Assembly (NCBI GenBank): GCA_016844925.1
Contig: JAERTI010000035.1
Location: 4,949 to 68,948 of the forward strand
Direction: 5' to 3'
DNA length: 64,000 nucleotides
Source: Candidatus Uhrbacteria bacterium
GTDB lineage: Bacteria > Patescibacteriota > Patescibacteriia > UBA9934 > GWF2-40-263
Below are positions 46,901-54,583 of the stretch, piece after piece. The notes beneath the pieces were generated by a model. The model was not told the origin of the DNA, did no database searches, and saw only the letters and a program-made list of their open reading frames with translations. The position numbers were made by a program, and so were the translations under genes. How positions within the stretch are numbered: the first letter of the stretch is position 1; every line of letters begins with the position of its first letter.

Positions 46901-47622
46901 GACTCGACAACCTCGTCTGTCTCAACCATCTGAGCTGCGTCTGTAAGAGAAGCGAGCTCTGAAGTGATCTCGTCACCTTCAGTCAAGTCAGCTGGGTCGA
47001 AGCCCTCACCAGTAAGCCAGAAGCCATCCTGGTAACCGTTTGCACCGTCGTCTGAAACCATGCGAGCTTCGCCGTCCCAGACAAGGTAGTTGTCAGTTCC
47101 GTCTGTCCAGAGCATTCCTTCGTATCCTTCGGAAGCGTCTGTAAGAGAGTCACCAACAGTGTAGTCGACGAAGAATACGTCTGGAACATCATCGATGTTT
47201 GTGTTCCAAGCGTCTCCAGCAAGACCTACAGCAGTGTCCTCGTCCTCAATCCAGTGGATTGAACCATCACGAGCAACTGCGTATACCTTTTCGTCGGATT
47301 CGATCTTGATCCATCGTGAACCTGGGCGGTACACAATGTTTCCTGCGAGAGTGATGTCAGCGAGCTCCTCATCGGAGATCTCAACAACACCGTCAAAGTC
47401 TGCGTTCCAAGAGAAGTAAGTCTTCTCGTTTGGGAATGAATAGCGCTGACCGTCAGAACCGTAGTAGTAAACGGTTGAGAGGGTCTCACCCTTAATGAGG
47501 TCGCCGTACTCAGCGGCAGAAGCCTGCATAGGGACGAAAGCTGACAAACCTGCTGTTGCGAGAATCGTAGCAGCGGCGACAACCATCGTGAACGCTTTCT
47601 TCAATTGAAGAGAGTTAGTCAT
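43924..47622 (-). CDS. Giant (1232 aa) secreted Ser/Thr/Gly/Asp-rich surface protein (S-layer/adhesin-like) with N-terminal YYYxxDGxRxxFPNEK domain
   Basis: The signal peptide is MTNSLQLKKAFTMVVAAATILATAGLSAFVPMQASA. The protein is an uninterrupted 3.7-kb ORF. More than 900 aa of low-complexity T/S/G/D-rich, Ig-like repetitive sequence are present. No LPXTG motif was found. Confidence 0.7.
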   Translation of the reverse strand: MTNSLQLKKAFTMVVAAATILATAGLSAFVPMQASAAEYGDLIKGETLSTVYYYGSDGQRYSFPNEKTYFSWNADFDGVVEISDEELADITLAGNIVYRPGSRWIKIESDEKVYAVARDGSIHWIEDEDTAVGLAGDAWNTNIDDVPDVFFVDYTVGDSLTDASEGYEGMLWTDGTDNYLVWDGEARMVSDDGANGYQDGFWLTGEGFDPADLTEGDEITSELASLTDAAQMVETDEVVESADVSVSISGSPSASTLIAGQGIADLLHVTLENNSDSSVDLTQITLNRSGVSSDTTLANLYLFDGYVRLTDAATISDGAVTFNDASGIWTLGAGEEATLSVRSDIAASTNGQTVGLSIDSADDLSFTNGGDASGSFPMEGDVHTIASSPATFGAADFTGSTTPSASSIDPQEGYRVFERTLAVNTNELDLYAARFRNIGSIDADDVENWSLYVGGVMRGETVASEDADGYITFDLSDEPLELSTGNHQVKVLADVIGGSGRTVTVGLRNSADFVAMDQDYGQPVRATVGSSTFAAMDAGAQTVNSGSLTFTKATDSNSGDVTETASGVVLGSWTAKAFGESMKVESLRFAFTESDGDDVTLRNGAVYLDGTQVGSTAGLEANAGAGTDYTSYTFGSSFIVVPGSPATVELRADIYDSDGTDNIEAADTIIAEISDMNGVSNVQRMTSGSYVDAPDGSTVTANTLTVTAASLTVAKNGAYANQSVTDPKTAYKIGSFSVTAGTSEGVNLTDINVDLDTDTATASTDLFNLYLEYGPEGDMTTASTKGTVSETANSWSINYALEAGETIYVNVYTDIDSAISTGETVIAVTDVNGTSMLSGTSPSTTEVAGQTITIAAGSFSEFNDDHPVDAIVAADQEITAAKYRFSAANETYTITELKTSVASATAAGLVSAVNVYDGTDLVGSTIFDEDTNTSGTLTGMSVEVAANASKTLTVKYQLTSVGVGAGTSQTDVQNTLESVKIRDTNGTETTETNGTEWTSDSIIGNNLFVFASIPTITHTDLSNSTLVNGQATDLYKFTVTADANGSIAMKQFKLTTAWSDGGTADTLEVESVKLYKNGSDITSSVVIQDQDGNSVESTSGMLESDSDLVVTWSTEDSISAGETVTYTIRGTVQGFRLTGSDTVGDSVSFYLAQDSSSNGTDLFLNVGDTTTTVIELFTSAAAGNSSATNHELLWSDNSAASHSSTAGTSSTGDWHNGYLVKNLDLGSETWTK

Positions 47623-47865
47623 AAGTTGAATATGGGTGCTTTACCCGCCCTCCTGAATAATAGTGTGGGGGCAGGTGAACCTTTTTAGCTCCGGTTCGGA
47701 GCTTTGCTTAATTGACGAGTAGCGACCTCATGGGCCTCGACCTTTTACAGCGACTCGCGAACTAATGAATGAAGCTCATCCAGGTGATCACAAATGGATG
47801 AGCGAGCGAGAGGCCACTCCCTACGTATAAGGAGAGGCACCTGGCCCGTGAACTTCAGGTTCAGT

Positions 47866-48741
47866 TTATTCTTGATTTGTTAATTCAATCTCTTTTAGTA
47901 CTTGGAAGGCTCGGCGATAGGCCCCTTCATCTGCAAGAGCCTGAGCCATATCGAGCGACTCCTGATCTGCACCAGCCTCTGTTGCCAGAATCAGCTCCTT
48001 TTCAAATGCCAGTGCAAGTTCTCGAGCTATCTCTTCATCCTGTTCAGTCTCGTGTGCTGTGATGATCACCTCTACTGCCTGCTCCTTTGCTTCCTCAATG
48101 ATCTCCTCCACCTCTTCAACCACTTCCTCTGAAAGCTCTGCTGCTGTTGAGGTCACGGTTGTTGTGTAGGCTTCGGCGTTGCGACCAACGGCCTTTGCCA
48201 ACTCTTTCGTTCCGGCGTCTGTGCTTGCATCATCGTTTGAAAGCTCCTGCTGAATGGTGGCGACCTCATTCTTGAAACGTTCCACCGCCAGTTGAACTGT
48301 CTGCGGCTCTAGTTCATGCAACTGAGCGGACACTTCAACCATCTCCTCAAGTCGCCGGCTCGTGAACTCCATCTGAAGACTGGCTCGTTGATCGGCTCCG
48401 AATGCCAGAGCGAGCTGTGTCTTTTCAACGGAGAGTTTTACCGGATACAACTTGTCACCTGGCAAAGCGCTCTGTGAGGCATTCGCCATGGAGATCCAAC
48501 CAGTGATGGCAAAAAGAAAAACGGCAACTGCGGCGGCCATTGGCTTGAGCATGGCCTGTGAAAAATTCCACATGTAATACTCAAGGTAGTCGCGCATGCC
48601 GTATCTCTGTGACTCCTTTTCAAGATCTACTCCCGTACTCTCCAAAACCAAATCTCGAACACGTGACTCGTCTACAGCTGGAAACAACTCCGAGCTGTCG
48701 GACAAGCGGTCGAATAGATTTTGGATGTCTCGGTCGTTCAT
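47866..48741 (-). CDS. Putative anti-sigma factor (single-pass membrane protein, coupled to the ECF sigma gene)
   Basis: It overlaps the sigma gene stop by 4 nt. The central TM is AAAVAVFLFAITGWISMA. The extracytoplasmic domain is coiled-coil and acid-rich. Confidence 0.5.
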   Translation of the reverse strand: MNDRDIQNLFDRLSDSSELFPAVDESRVRDLVLESTGVDLEKESQRYGMRDYLEYYMWNFSQAMLKPMAAAVAVFLFAITGWISMANASQSALPGDKLYPVKLSVEKTQLALAFGADQRASLQMEFTSRRLEEMVEVSAQLHELEPQTVQLAVERFKNEVATIQQELSNDDASTDAGTKELAKAVGRNAEAYTTTVTSTAAELSEEVVEEVEEIIEEAKEQAVEVIITAHETEQDEEIARELALAFEKELILATEAGADQESLDMAQALADEGAYRRAFQVLKEIELTNQE

Positions 48742-49292
48742 AGATCTCCAAATTTTTTTCTAATATTTGATCTGAGTTTATGAATGGCTCGATGAAGCTT
48801 TACCGCTGTCGCGTTCTCTGTAATTCCCAACTCCTTCGCAATATCTTTTACCCTCATTTGATGGACATGCCTCATGAGGATCAACTGTGCCTCCTCTTCC
48901 TTTAACTGCGTGATCAGCTCCTTCAGAATATTTGCATCCACTTGATCCACGATAGCCTCGTGCAGAGGCTCACTCAGCTCCGGAGCCTCATCACTTTCTG
49001 GTAGAGCCTGCTCTTGGCGTTTCTCTTTCGTCCGATAGAAGTCTGACACCACACCTCTTGCCATGGTGAAAATAATCCCTGAGAGCGAATCGATCTTTGT
49101 GCTCTGAGCATATCGCCAAAGCCTGATCCAAGTCTCAGCAAGAGCATCCTCGGCATCATGGCCGGATGGAAGCTTGAACGAAAGGAACTTCTTTACTTTT
49201 GCACCGTAGAGATCGACAACCTTGTTAAAGGCATCTTCGTCGCTAAACGCTCGGATGCGGAACAAAAGAAATTTTTCTTTTTCGTTGCTCAC
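48738..49292 (-). CDS. RNA polymerase sigma factor, ECF (sigma-70 group 4) family
   Basis: Region 2 is DAEDALAETWIRLWRY. Region 4 HTH is RVKDIAKELGITENATAVKLHRAIHKLR. The GTG start is assumed. Confidence 0.8.
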   Translation of the reverse strand: MSNEKEKFLLFRIRAFSDEDAFNKVVDLYGAKVKKFLSFKLPSGHDAEDALAETWIRLWRYAQSTKIDSLSGIIFTMARGVVSDFYRTKEKRQEQALPESDEAPELSEPLHEAIVDQVDANILKELITQLKEEEAQLILMRHVHQMRVKDIAKELGITENATAVKLHRAIHKLRSNIRKKFGDL

Positions 49293-49352
49293 AGAAGAAG
49301 CATCGTGAATTAAGAAAGTATTACAACAATAGGAGGAAACTAGCTGAAATAG

Positions 49353-49402
49353 GCCAAAAAATCAAGAGTTCCATTGACAAATCCTTATTTTTTGGCTACA
49401 CT
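49353..49402 (+). promoter_or_regulatory. Promoter (TTGACA-17-TACACT) for the HTH gene, overlapped by a perfect 10-bp inverted repeat (candidate operator)
   Basis: GCCAAAAAAT is at 49353-49362 and ATTTTTTGGC at 49387-49396 (perfect inverted repeat, 24-bp spacer). TTGACA is at 49374-49379 and TACACT at 49397-49402 (17-nt spacing). A second ATTGACAAA lies at 49407-49415. Confidence 0.5.
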
Positions 49403-49435
49403 GGCATTGACAAACAACGTTATCAACAAGCACTT

Positions 49436-49717
49436 ATGAAGTCGATAATCCGCCTGTCTGTTTCTGAGGCTGCAAAGATGTTCGGTGTTAGCCAACGAAC
49501 CATTAGACGGGCCATCAAATCCGATGAAGTCACCTACGTGGTGGTACAAGGTCGATACAAGATCAACTTTGAATCTCTTTTACGTTGGTCACAGAGAACA
49601 ACCACTGTGAAAAACAAACGTGACAAGAAGGGCCTTGGTCAGTACGTCGACCAATGGCGCATTAGCGGAAAGCTCTACTCTCCTAACCCCAAGAGTCTTT
49701 CAGACTCAGAAGGGTAA
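49436..49717 (+). CDS. Helix-turn-helix DNA-binding protein (excisionase/MerR-like HTH_17 family)
   Basis: LSVSEAAKMFGVSQRTIRRAIKSDEV matches the excisionase-family HTH signature. Confidence 0.6.
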   Translation: MKSIIRLSVSEAAKMFGVSQRTIRRAIKSDEVTYVVVQGRYKINFESLLRWSQRTTTVKNKRDKKGLGQYVDQWRISGKLYSPNPKSLSDSEG

Positions 49718-49731
49718 TCTTCAGTGATGCT

Positions 49732-50628
49732 ATGTACGAGAAAAAAATCATCACTCCTCACACAGGACATCGTCTACCGCTGCACTTAGGTGGCATGGGA
49801 GTCCTGGCGATCAATAAGATTCGTTACGCCGTCCGTGGTTACCGCGAACCTCGGCCATTCTCACCCACTGAGGCAAACAAGGCCATCGACTACGACCGAC
49901 GTGTCGTAGATAACTGGTTAGACGCCTATCAGGAATACACAGGAAAGACCGTCGAGGGAGCATCTGTTCTGGAGCTGGGACCCGGCGCTGATCTAGGTCC
50001 TGCCTGTTTTTTATTGGATCGTGGTGCTCGTCAGTATACAACGGTTGACGCCAATCGTCTCATCGATCAAACACCTCGAAAATTCTACGAACAACTTCTT
50101 AAAGAGTTACGTAACTCCGACGAGGTAAGACGTGAATTAGAGAAGACTCTTCTTCGCCAGGACGACCGCATCAAGTACATTGTTGACCCGACATTCACAC
50201 TCTCAAAACTCAAACAAGAAACATTTGATCTCATAGTAAGCCAAGCTGCTTTTGAACACTTCTCCGATATTGAACAGACGTTCCGTGAGCTAACCCCGCT
50301 CATGAAGTCTGGTGGTGTTCTAATCGCGGAGGTTGACCTCATGACCCACACAGGCGCCCTGCGCGGAAGAGACCCACTCAACATTTATCGCTACTCGAAT
50401 CTCTTCTACCGACTCATGAACTTCTCTGGGATCCCAAATAGACTCCGTCCAAACGAGTACAAAGCAAGTCTCGAAAGAAACGGTTGGAAGGATGTCGAAA
50501 TCACTCCACTCCAAACCTTGCCAGAGACCTACACCAACAACATTTCATCCCAACTTGCAAAACCATTTCGATCAGATCTTGCTGACATGCATGTGCTCAC
50601 GTTTTTGCTACGTGCCACAAAGGCCTAA
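49732..50628 (+). CDS. Class I SAM-dependent methyltransferase
   Basis: Motif I is VLELGPGADLGP. The post-I acidic residue is TTVDAN. Motif IV-like is FDLIVSQAAFEHF. Confidence 0.65.
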   Translation: MYEKKIITPHTGHRLPLHLGGMGVLAINKIRYAVRGYREPRPFSPTEANKAIDYDRRVVDNWLDAYQEYTGKTVEGASVLELGPGADLGPACFLLDRGARQYTTVDANRLIDQTPRKFYEQLLKELRNSDEVRRELEKTLLRQDDRIKYIVDPTFTLSKLKQETFDLIVSQAAFEHFSDIEQTFRELTPLMKSGGVLIAEVDLMTHTGALRGRDPLNIYRYSNLFYRLMNFSGIPNRLRPNEYKASLERNGWKDVEITPLQTLPETYTNNISSQLAKPFRSDLADMHVLTFLLRATKA

Positions 50629-50629
50629 T

Positions 50630-52666
50630 ATGCACCGATTGTTTTTTCGGTTAACTTTCATTTTCGTTCTAACCCTACTTACCACAGGACCTTCTTTTAG
50701 TGCGCACGCACAAGCCGCCAGCGGCGACTATATCCGTACGGCAAGTATCTATCTTGAAGGTGGCCCTGTGCTTGATGCACAACTCACGACACTGGCAAGC
50801 TTTGATTTGATTGTTATCCCAGTTGAAGCCCAGCTGTGGAACAAGTCGTTTTTTCCTGACATCCGCGCGTTGAATCCTGACATCATCATCCTTCCCTACA
50901 TCGCTACCGTAAGCTGGAATGACCTCTACTGGGTCGATGAACTACACCAAGAAATGTATACGCACATTCAGTCAGATTGGTGGCTCACGGACGCTGACGG
51001 AAATCAATTATCTGTTTGGCCAAATACTCGAGCGCTCAATCTAAACACCGAGTGGGTTGATTACCTGGCTCTGCATGTCAAAAATGATGTTCTGTCCTCA
51101 GGACTTTGGGACGGCGTCTTTTACGATGAAGTTCAGGACTCTATCAGCTGGCTTGGTTCAACAGACGTTGATAAGAACGGTCTAATGGATACTTCGTCAG
51201 AAGCTGACCGGCTCTGGGAGGAGAACTATGAACGTCTTTTTGAACTTACAAGAAATCTTGTTGGTGACGACCACATCATCATTACAAACGGAAGCTCCAA
51301 CGCTGACTTCTTTCCTTTTGTAAACGGACGCATGTTCGAGACATTCCCTTCCTCACACAACACGCTCGCGCATTGGGAAAACATGACCAATGAATACCTG
51401 ACCGTTGAGCAAGGTGTAGATTACACCCCCATCAACATGATCAACGTTAATACGGATAACACTGGTGGTGCTGGAACGAAGGACGATTACCAATCCGTTA
51501 GGTTTGGCCTAACAACAACCCTGCTTGGCGATGGGTACTTCTCGTATGATGAAAGTACTTATAATCATGCTTCACTTTGGACCTACGATGAGTTTGACGC
51601 GTACCTTGGCCCCCCTAAGAGCACCTTGCAGAGCGCTCTCAACCCTCAAAATTCCGGCATTTCTCAAGACGTGCTTTTCCGAGAATTTGAACAAGGCCAA
51701 GTAATCGTCAACGCGACAAATGAGGAGCAAACCATCAAACTTGATGGAGAATTTGAAAAACTACATGGGACCCAAGACCCTGAAGTAAATGATGGTCGCA
51801 TTGTTTACGACGTTACGTTAGCTGCACAGGATGGAATCATTCTCTTGCGACCGATCGAGGAAATTATCGGTGCCACATATACAAACGGAGCATTCGCACG
51901 GATCTTCTCACCTGATGGCGAAACAAAGCGAACAGGATTCTTTGCCTACGAAAGTACTCATAAGGGTGGTAATCAAATCATTGCATTCGATATCGATGGA
52001 GATGGCGACAACGAAACTGTTGTGGCCGATAATACGCACGTCTACATCTTTGATGCCGATGGCGAGCTCCATGCTCAATTTGCCCCCTACACCGAAACCT
52101 ACGATCAAGGTATCAACATCTCTGTTGGAGATATTGAAGATGATGGTTCCATTGAAATTGTCACAGGAACCGAAAATGGTGGCGGACCACATGTCCGAGT
52201 TTTCAACACGGACGGCAAACTCATTAATCCCGGATTCTTTGCCTATGCTGACAGTTTCCGTGGTGGAGTAAACGTCTCTATTGGTGATCTAAATGGAGAC
52301 GGTATTAAGGAAATCATTTGTGGCGCAGGATACAATGGCGGACCCCACGTACGTGTTTTCCGAAAGGACGGCACCCTTATCAATCCAGGATTCTTTGCTT
52401 ACGATGAATCCTTCCGTGGAGGTGTGAACGTGTCGGTTGGAGACATCGACGGTGACCAGATCGACGATATTGTGACCGGCCCAGGTTATGGAGGCTCCCC
52501 TCTTGCACGAGTCTATGACCGCGATGGAAATCTTAAATCTGAATTCTACGTCTTCGACACATCTCAAACAGATGGACTCGAAGTAGTCGCCGCTGATCTT
52601 GATGGCGATGGTGTTGATGAAATTATTGGCTTAACCACAGACGTCTTTACCCTCAGTCTCTTTTAG
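50630..52666 (+). CDS. Secreted TIM-barrel glycoside hydrolase-like protein (GH114/endo-alpha-1,4-polygalactosaminidase-like) with C-terminal FG-GAP/VCBS-like repeats
   Basis: The start is the ATG at 50630 (MHRLFFRLTFIFVLTLLTTGPSFSAHA, signal peptide), 1 nt after the methyltransferase stop. The listed upstream 46 aa are unlikely. The C-terminus carries the same GGPHVRVF..DG.L..PGFFAY..SFRGGVNVS.GD.DGDG repeats as the two S8 peptidases. Confidence 0.55.
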   Translation: MHRLFFRLTFIFVLTLLTTGPSFSAHAQAASGDYIRTASIYLEGGPVLDAQLTTLASFDLIVIPVEAQLWNKSFFPDIRALNPDIIILPYIATVSWNDLYWVDELHQEMYTHIQSDWWLTDADGNQLSVWPNTRALNLNTEWVDYLALHVKNDVLSSGLWDGVFYDEVQDSISWLGSTDVDKNGLMDTSSEADRLWEENYERLFELTRNLVGDDHIIITNGSSNADFFPFVNGRMFETFPSSHNTLAHWENMTNEYLTVEQGVDYTPINMINVNTDNTGGAGTKDDYQSVRFGLTTTLLGDGYFSYDESTYNHASLWTYDEFDAYLGPPKSTLQSALNPQNSGISQDVLFREFEQGQVIVNATNEEQTIKLDGEFEKLHGTQDPEVNDGRIVYDVTLAAQDGIILLRPIEEIIGATYTNGAFARIFSPDGETKRTGFFAYESTHKGGNQIIAFDIDGDGDNETVVADNTHVYIFDADGELHAQFAPYTETYDQGINISVGDIEDDGSIEIVTGTENGGGPHVRVFNTDGKLINPGFFAYADSFRGGVNVSIGDLNGDGIKEIICGAGYNGGPHVRVFRKDGTLINPGFFAYDESFRGGVNVSVGDIDGDQIDDIVTGPGYGGSPLARVYDRDGNLKSEFYVFDTSQTDGLEVVAADLDGDGVDEIIGLTTDVFTLSLF

Positions 52667-52681
52667 CGCTACGATGAACCT

Positions 52682-54511
52682 ATGTCTCTCAAAGAAGAAA
52701 TAAAACAAGGTGTCGCCTGCGACAGTGTTGGAACACCAGACTCCATCCTTGGACGAACAGTTTGCCTGTCTGTTCACCCAGGCAAGATGCTTCTCTTTCC
52801 CTTTATTAAGTGGTTCGATAAGCGCTACAAGGGTCGTTACAAATTTGCGCGAGTCATGTTTTCTTTTGACCTTCTTCTTTTGGGAATCCTGATGGGCCTC
52901 CTTGTAGCACTCACATTCTCCTGGATAAACGCCCCAACCCCATTTGAAGACGATATCGTATTCGATGCAACGGTTGCCCCTCGTGAGATCATCGCTGGTG
53001 CCCCCTCAACACTTGTCATTCGCTATACCAACAATACGGAAGAGGAGCTGCGTAATGCCCGTCTTCTCATTGGTTTTCCAGATCACTTTCTCTTGCAAGA
53101 ACTTTCCCTTGAGGGCGAAGAAGCGTCGGATGATGCTATCGAGCTTGGTTCGATTCCTATTGGAGGCACTGGCTCCGTACGCGTTCGTGGTGTGATGTTT
53201 GGTGACGTAGGTGGCGAGCAAACGTTCACGAGCTCCCTCCAATTCGTTTACGGAACAGATGAAGATGTCCCCGGACAAAAAACAGACCTCCATACATTCT
53301 CTCCAGTTGCCTCCACTTTGGCGCTAAGTCTCAGTTTGCCAGACCGCCTCGTAGCGTTTCAGGATGTTGAGGGCGTGATCACCTATCACAACACAGGTGA
53401 AATTGACGTTCCGATTGTATCGATTGAACCAGAGTGGCCCGAAGGGTTCTCCTTCTCTTCTAGTGATGTTGCCCTAACAGCAGAAGCGTTTGAAGTCCCA
53501 GCCATTGAAGCTGGTGAGCAAGGGCAGATGACGTTCCGTGGGTACCTTGGTGACGTAGGTGATGAAGTAACCTTTATTTTCCACCCATCATTTACGTTTG
53601 AAACAACTCGCTACAAACAAGAGACTCTTGTACACACCGCACCCGTTGTTCCACCACAAGTAAATGTGGAGCACAGTGTTACAAAGAGTTCTGTACGCCC
53701 TGGTGCAACAGCAACGTTTACCTTGCAATATCAAAATACAGGAGAATTTACTGTTTCAGACATCGTGCTCGGTATCGAATCTGAAAGCCCGTTCTTCTCA
53801 AGTCCCGTATGGGAAAGTGAGTCCATCCCTTCTCTTGAACCTGGTGAGAGCGGTGAGTTGGAACTACACATTCCTCTTCAATCATCCATTGCACAAAGTG
53901 AAACAAGTATCTACGAGGCCCTCGATCTTGAGACTCGAGCCATAGCAAGCTACATCCTCGGCGACGGAACAGGACAGCGAGTAAGCGCAAAGGGCGGCTC
54001 TCTGAGCACTCCTATCACCTCCCCTGTCGTTCTTGAGTCATTTGGACGCTATGCTACAGCCAGCGGAGACCAACTGGGCCGAGGCCCTCTCCCACCGCGC
54101 ACCGGAATTGAAACAAAGTACTGGGTATTCTGGCATGTGGATGGAACAATTAATGAGCTCACGAATCTCTCTATTGAAGGTACCCTTGGTGAAGGGGTTG
54201 AATTTACAGGGCGACAAACATCGTCACAAAACAGCGGTGTTGACTACGACCCAAGCTCCAAATCCATCTCTTGGAGCACGAACAGCCTTTCCCCAACCCT
54301 CTCACCAAGCAGTAAAATTGTCGGTATTGCCTTTGAGCTCGGCCTAACCCCGACAGATGCCATGCTTGGTTCCTCACCTACACTTCTTTCAAATATCACC
54401 CTCACGGGCGTAGATGTGCGCACAGGTGCCATCGTCTCCACGAGCGGATCTCGAGTTACAACATATCTGCCAAACGACCTCATGGCAGCTGGGAAATCTA
54501 TCGTGGAATAG
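52682..54511 (+). CDS. Membrane-anchored protein with repeated DUF11/CARDB-like (conserved repeat) domains, hypothetical
   Basis: The TM anchor is FSFDLLLLGILMGLLVALTF. Repeated beta-rich modules follow, with patterns such as TFTLQYQNTGEFTVSDIVL. Confidence 0.45.
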   Translation: MSLKEEIKQGVACDSVGTPDSILGRTVCLSVHPGKMLLFPFIKWFDKRYKGRYKFARVMFSFDLLLLGILMGLLVALTFSWINAPTPFEDDIVFDATVAPREIIAGAPSTLVIRYTNNTEEELRNARLLIGFPDHFLLQELSLEGEEASDDAIELGSIPIGGTGSVRVRGVMFGDVGGEQTFTSSLQFVYGTDEDVPGQKTDLHTFSPVASTLALSLSLPDRLVAFQDVEGVITYHNTGEIDVPIVSIEPEWPEGFSFSSSDVALTAEAFEVPAIEAGEQGQMTFRGYLGDVGDEVTFIFHPSFTFETTRYKQETLVHTAPVVPPQVNVEHSVTKSSVRPGATATFTLQYQNTGEFTVSDIVLGIESESPFFSSPVWESESIPSLEPGESGELELHIPLQSSIAQSETSIYEALDLETRAIASYILGDGTGQRVSAKGGSLSTPITSPVVLESFGRYATASGDQLGRGPLPPRTGIETKYWVFWHVDGTINELTNLSIEGTLGEGVEFTGRQTSSQNSGVDYDPSSKSISWSTNSLSPTLSPSSKIVGIAFELGLTPTDAMLGSSPTLLSNITLTGVDVRTGAIVSTSGSRVTTYLPNDLMAAGKSIVE

Positions 54512-54583
54512 CCTGAAAAATGGGTGGTTTTGGGGCCTTAGGGTTGACAAAACGCCTATTTTTTGGTAGTATTCAGCGTCAAT

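Noticed and set aside
51831-52567. Internal ORFs 51831-52271 (+) and 51908-52192 / 52289-52567 (-) within the GH114-like gene
   Set aside because: They are alternate-frame shadows. The main frame carries a signal peptide and continuous FG-GAP-like repeats.
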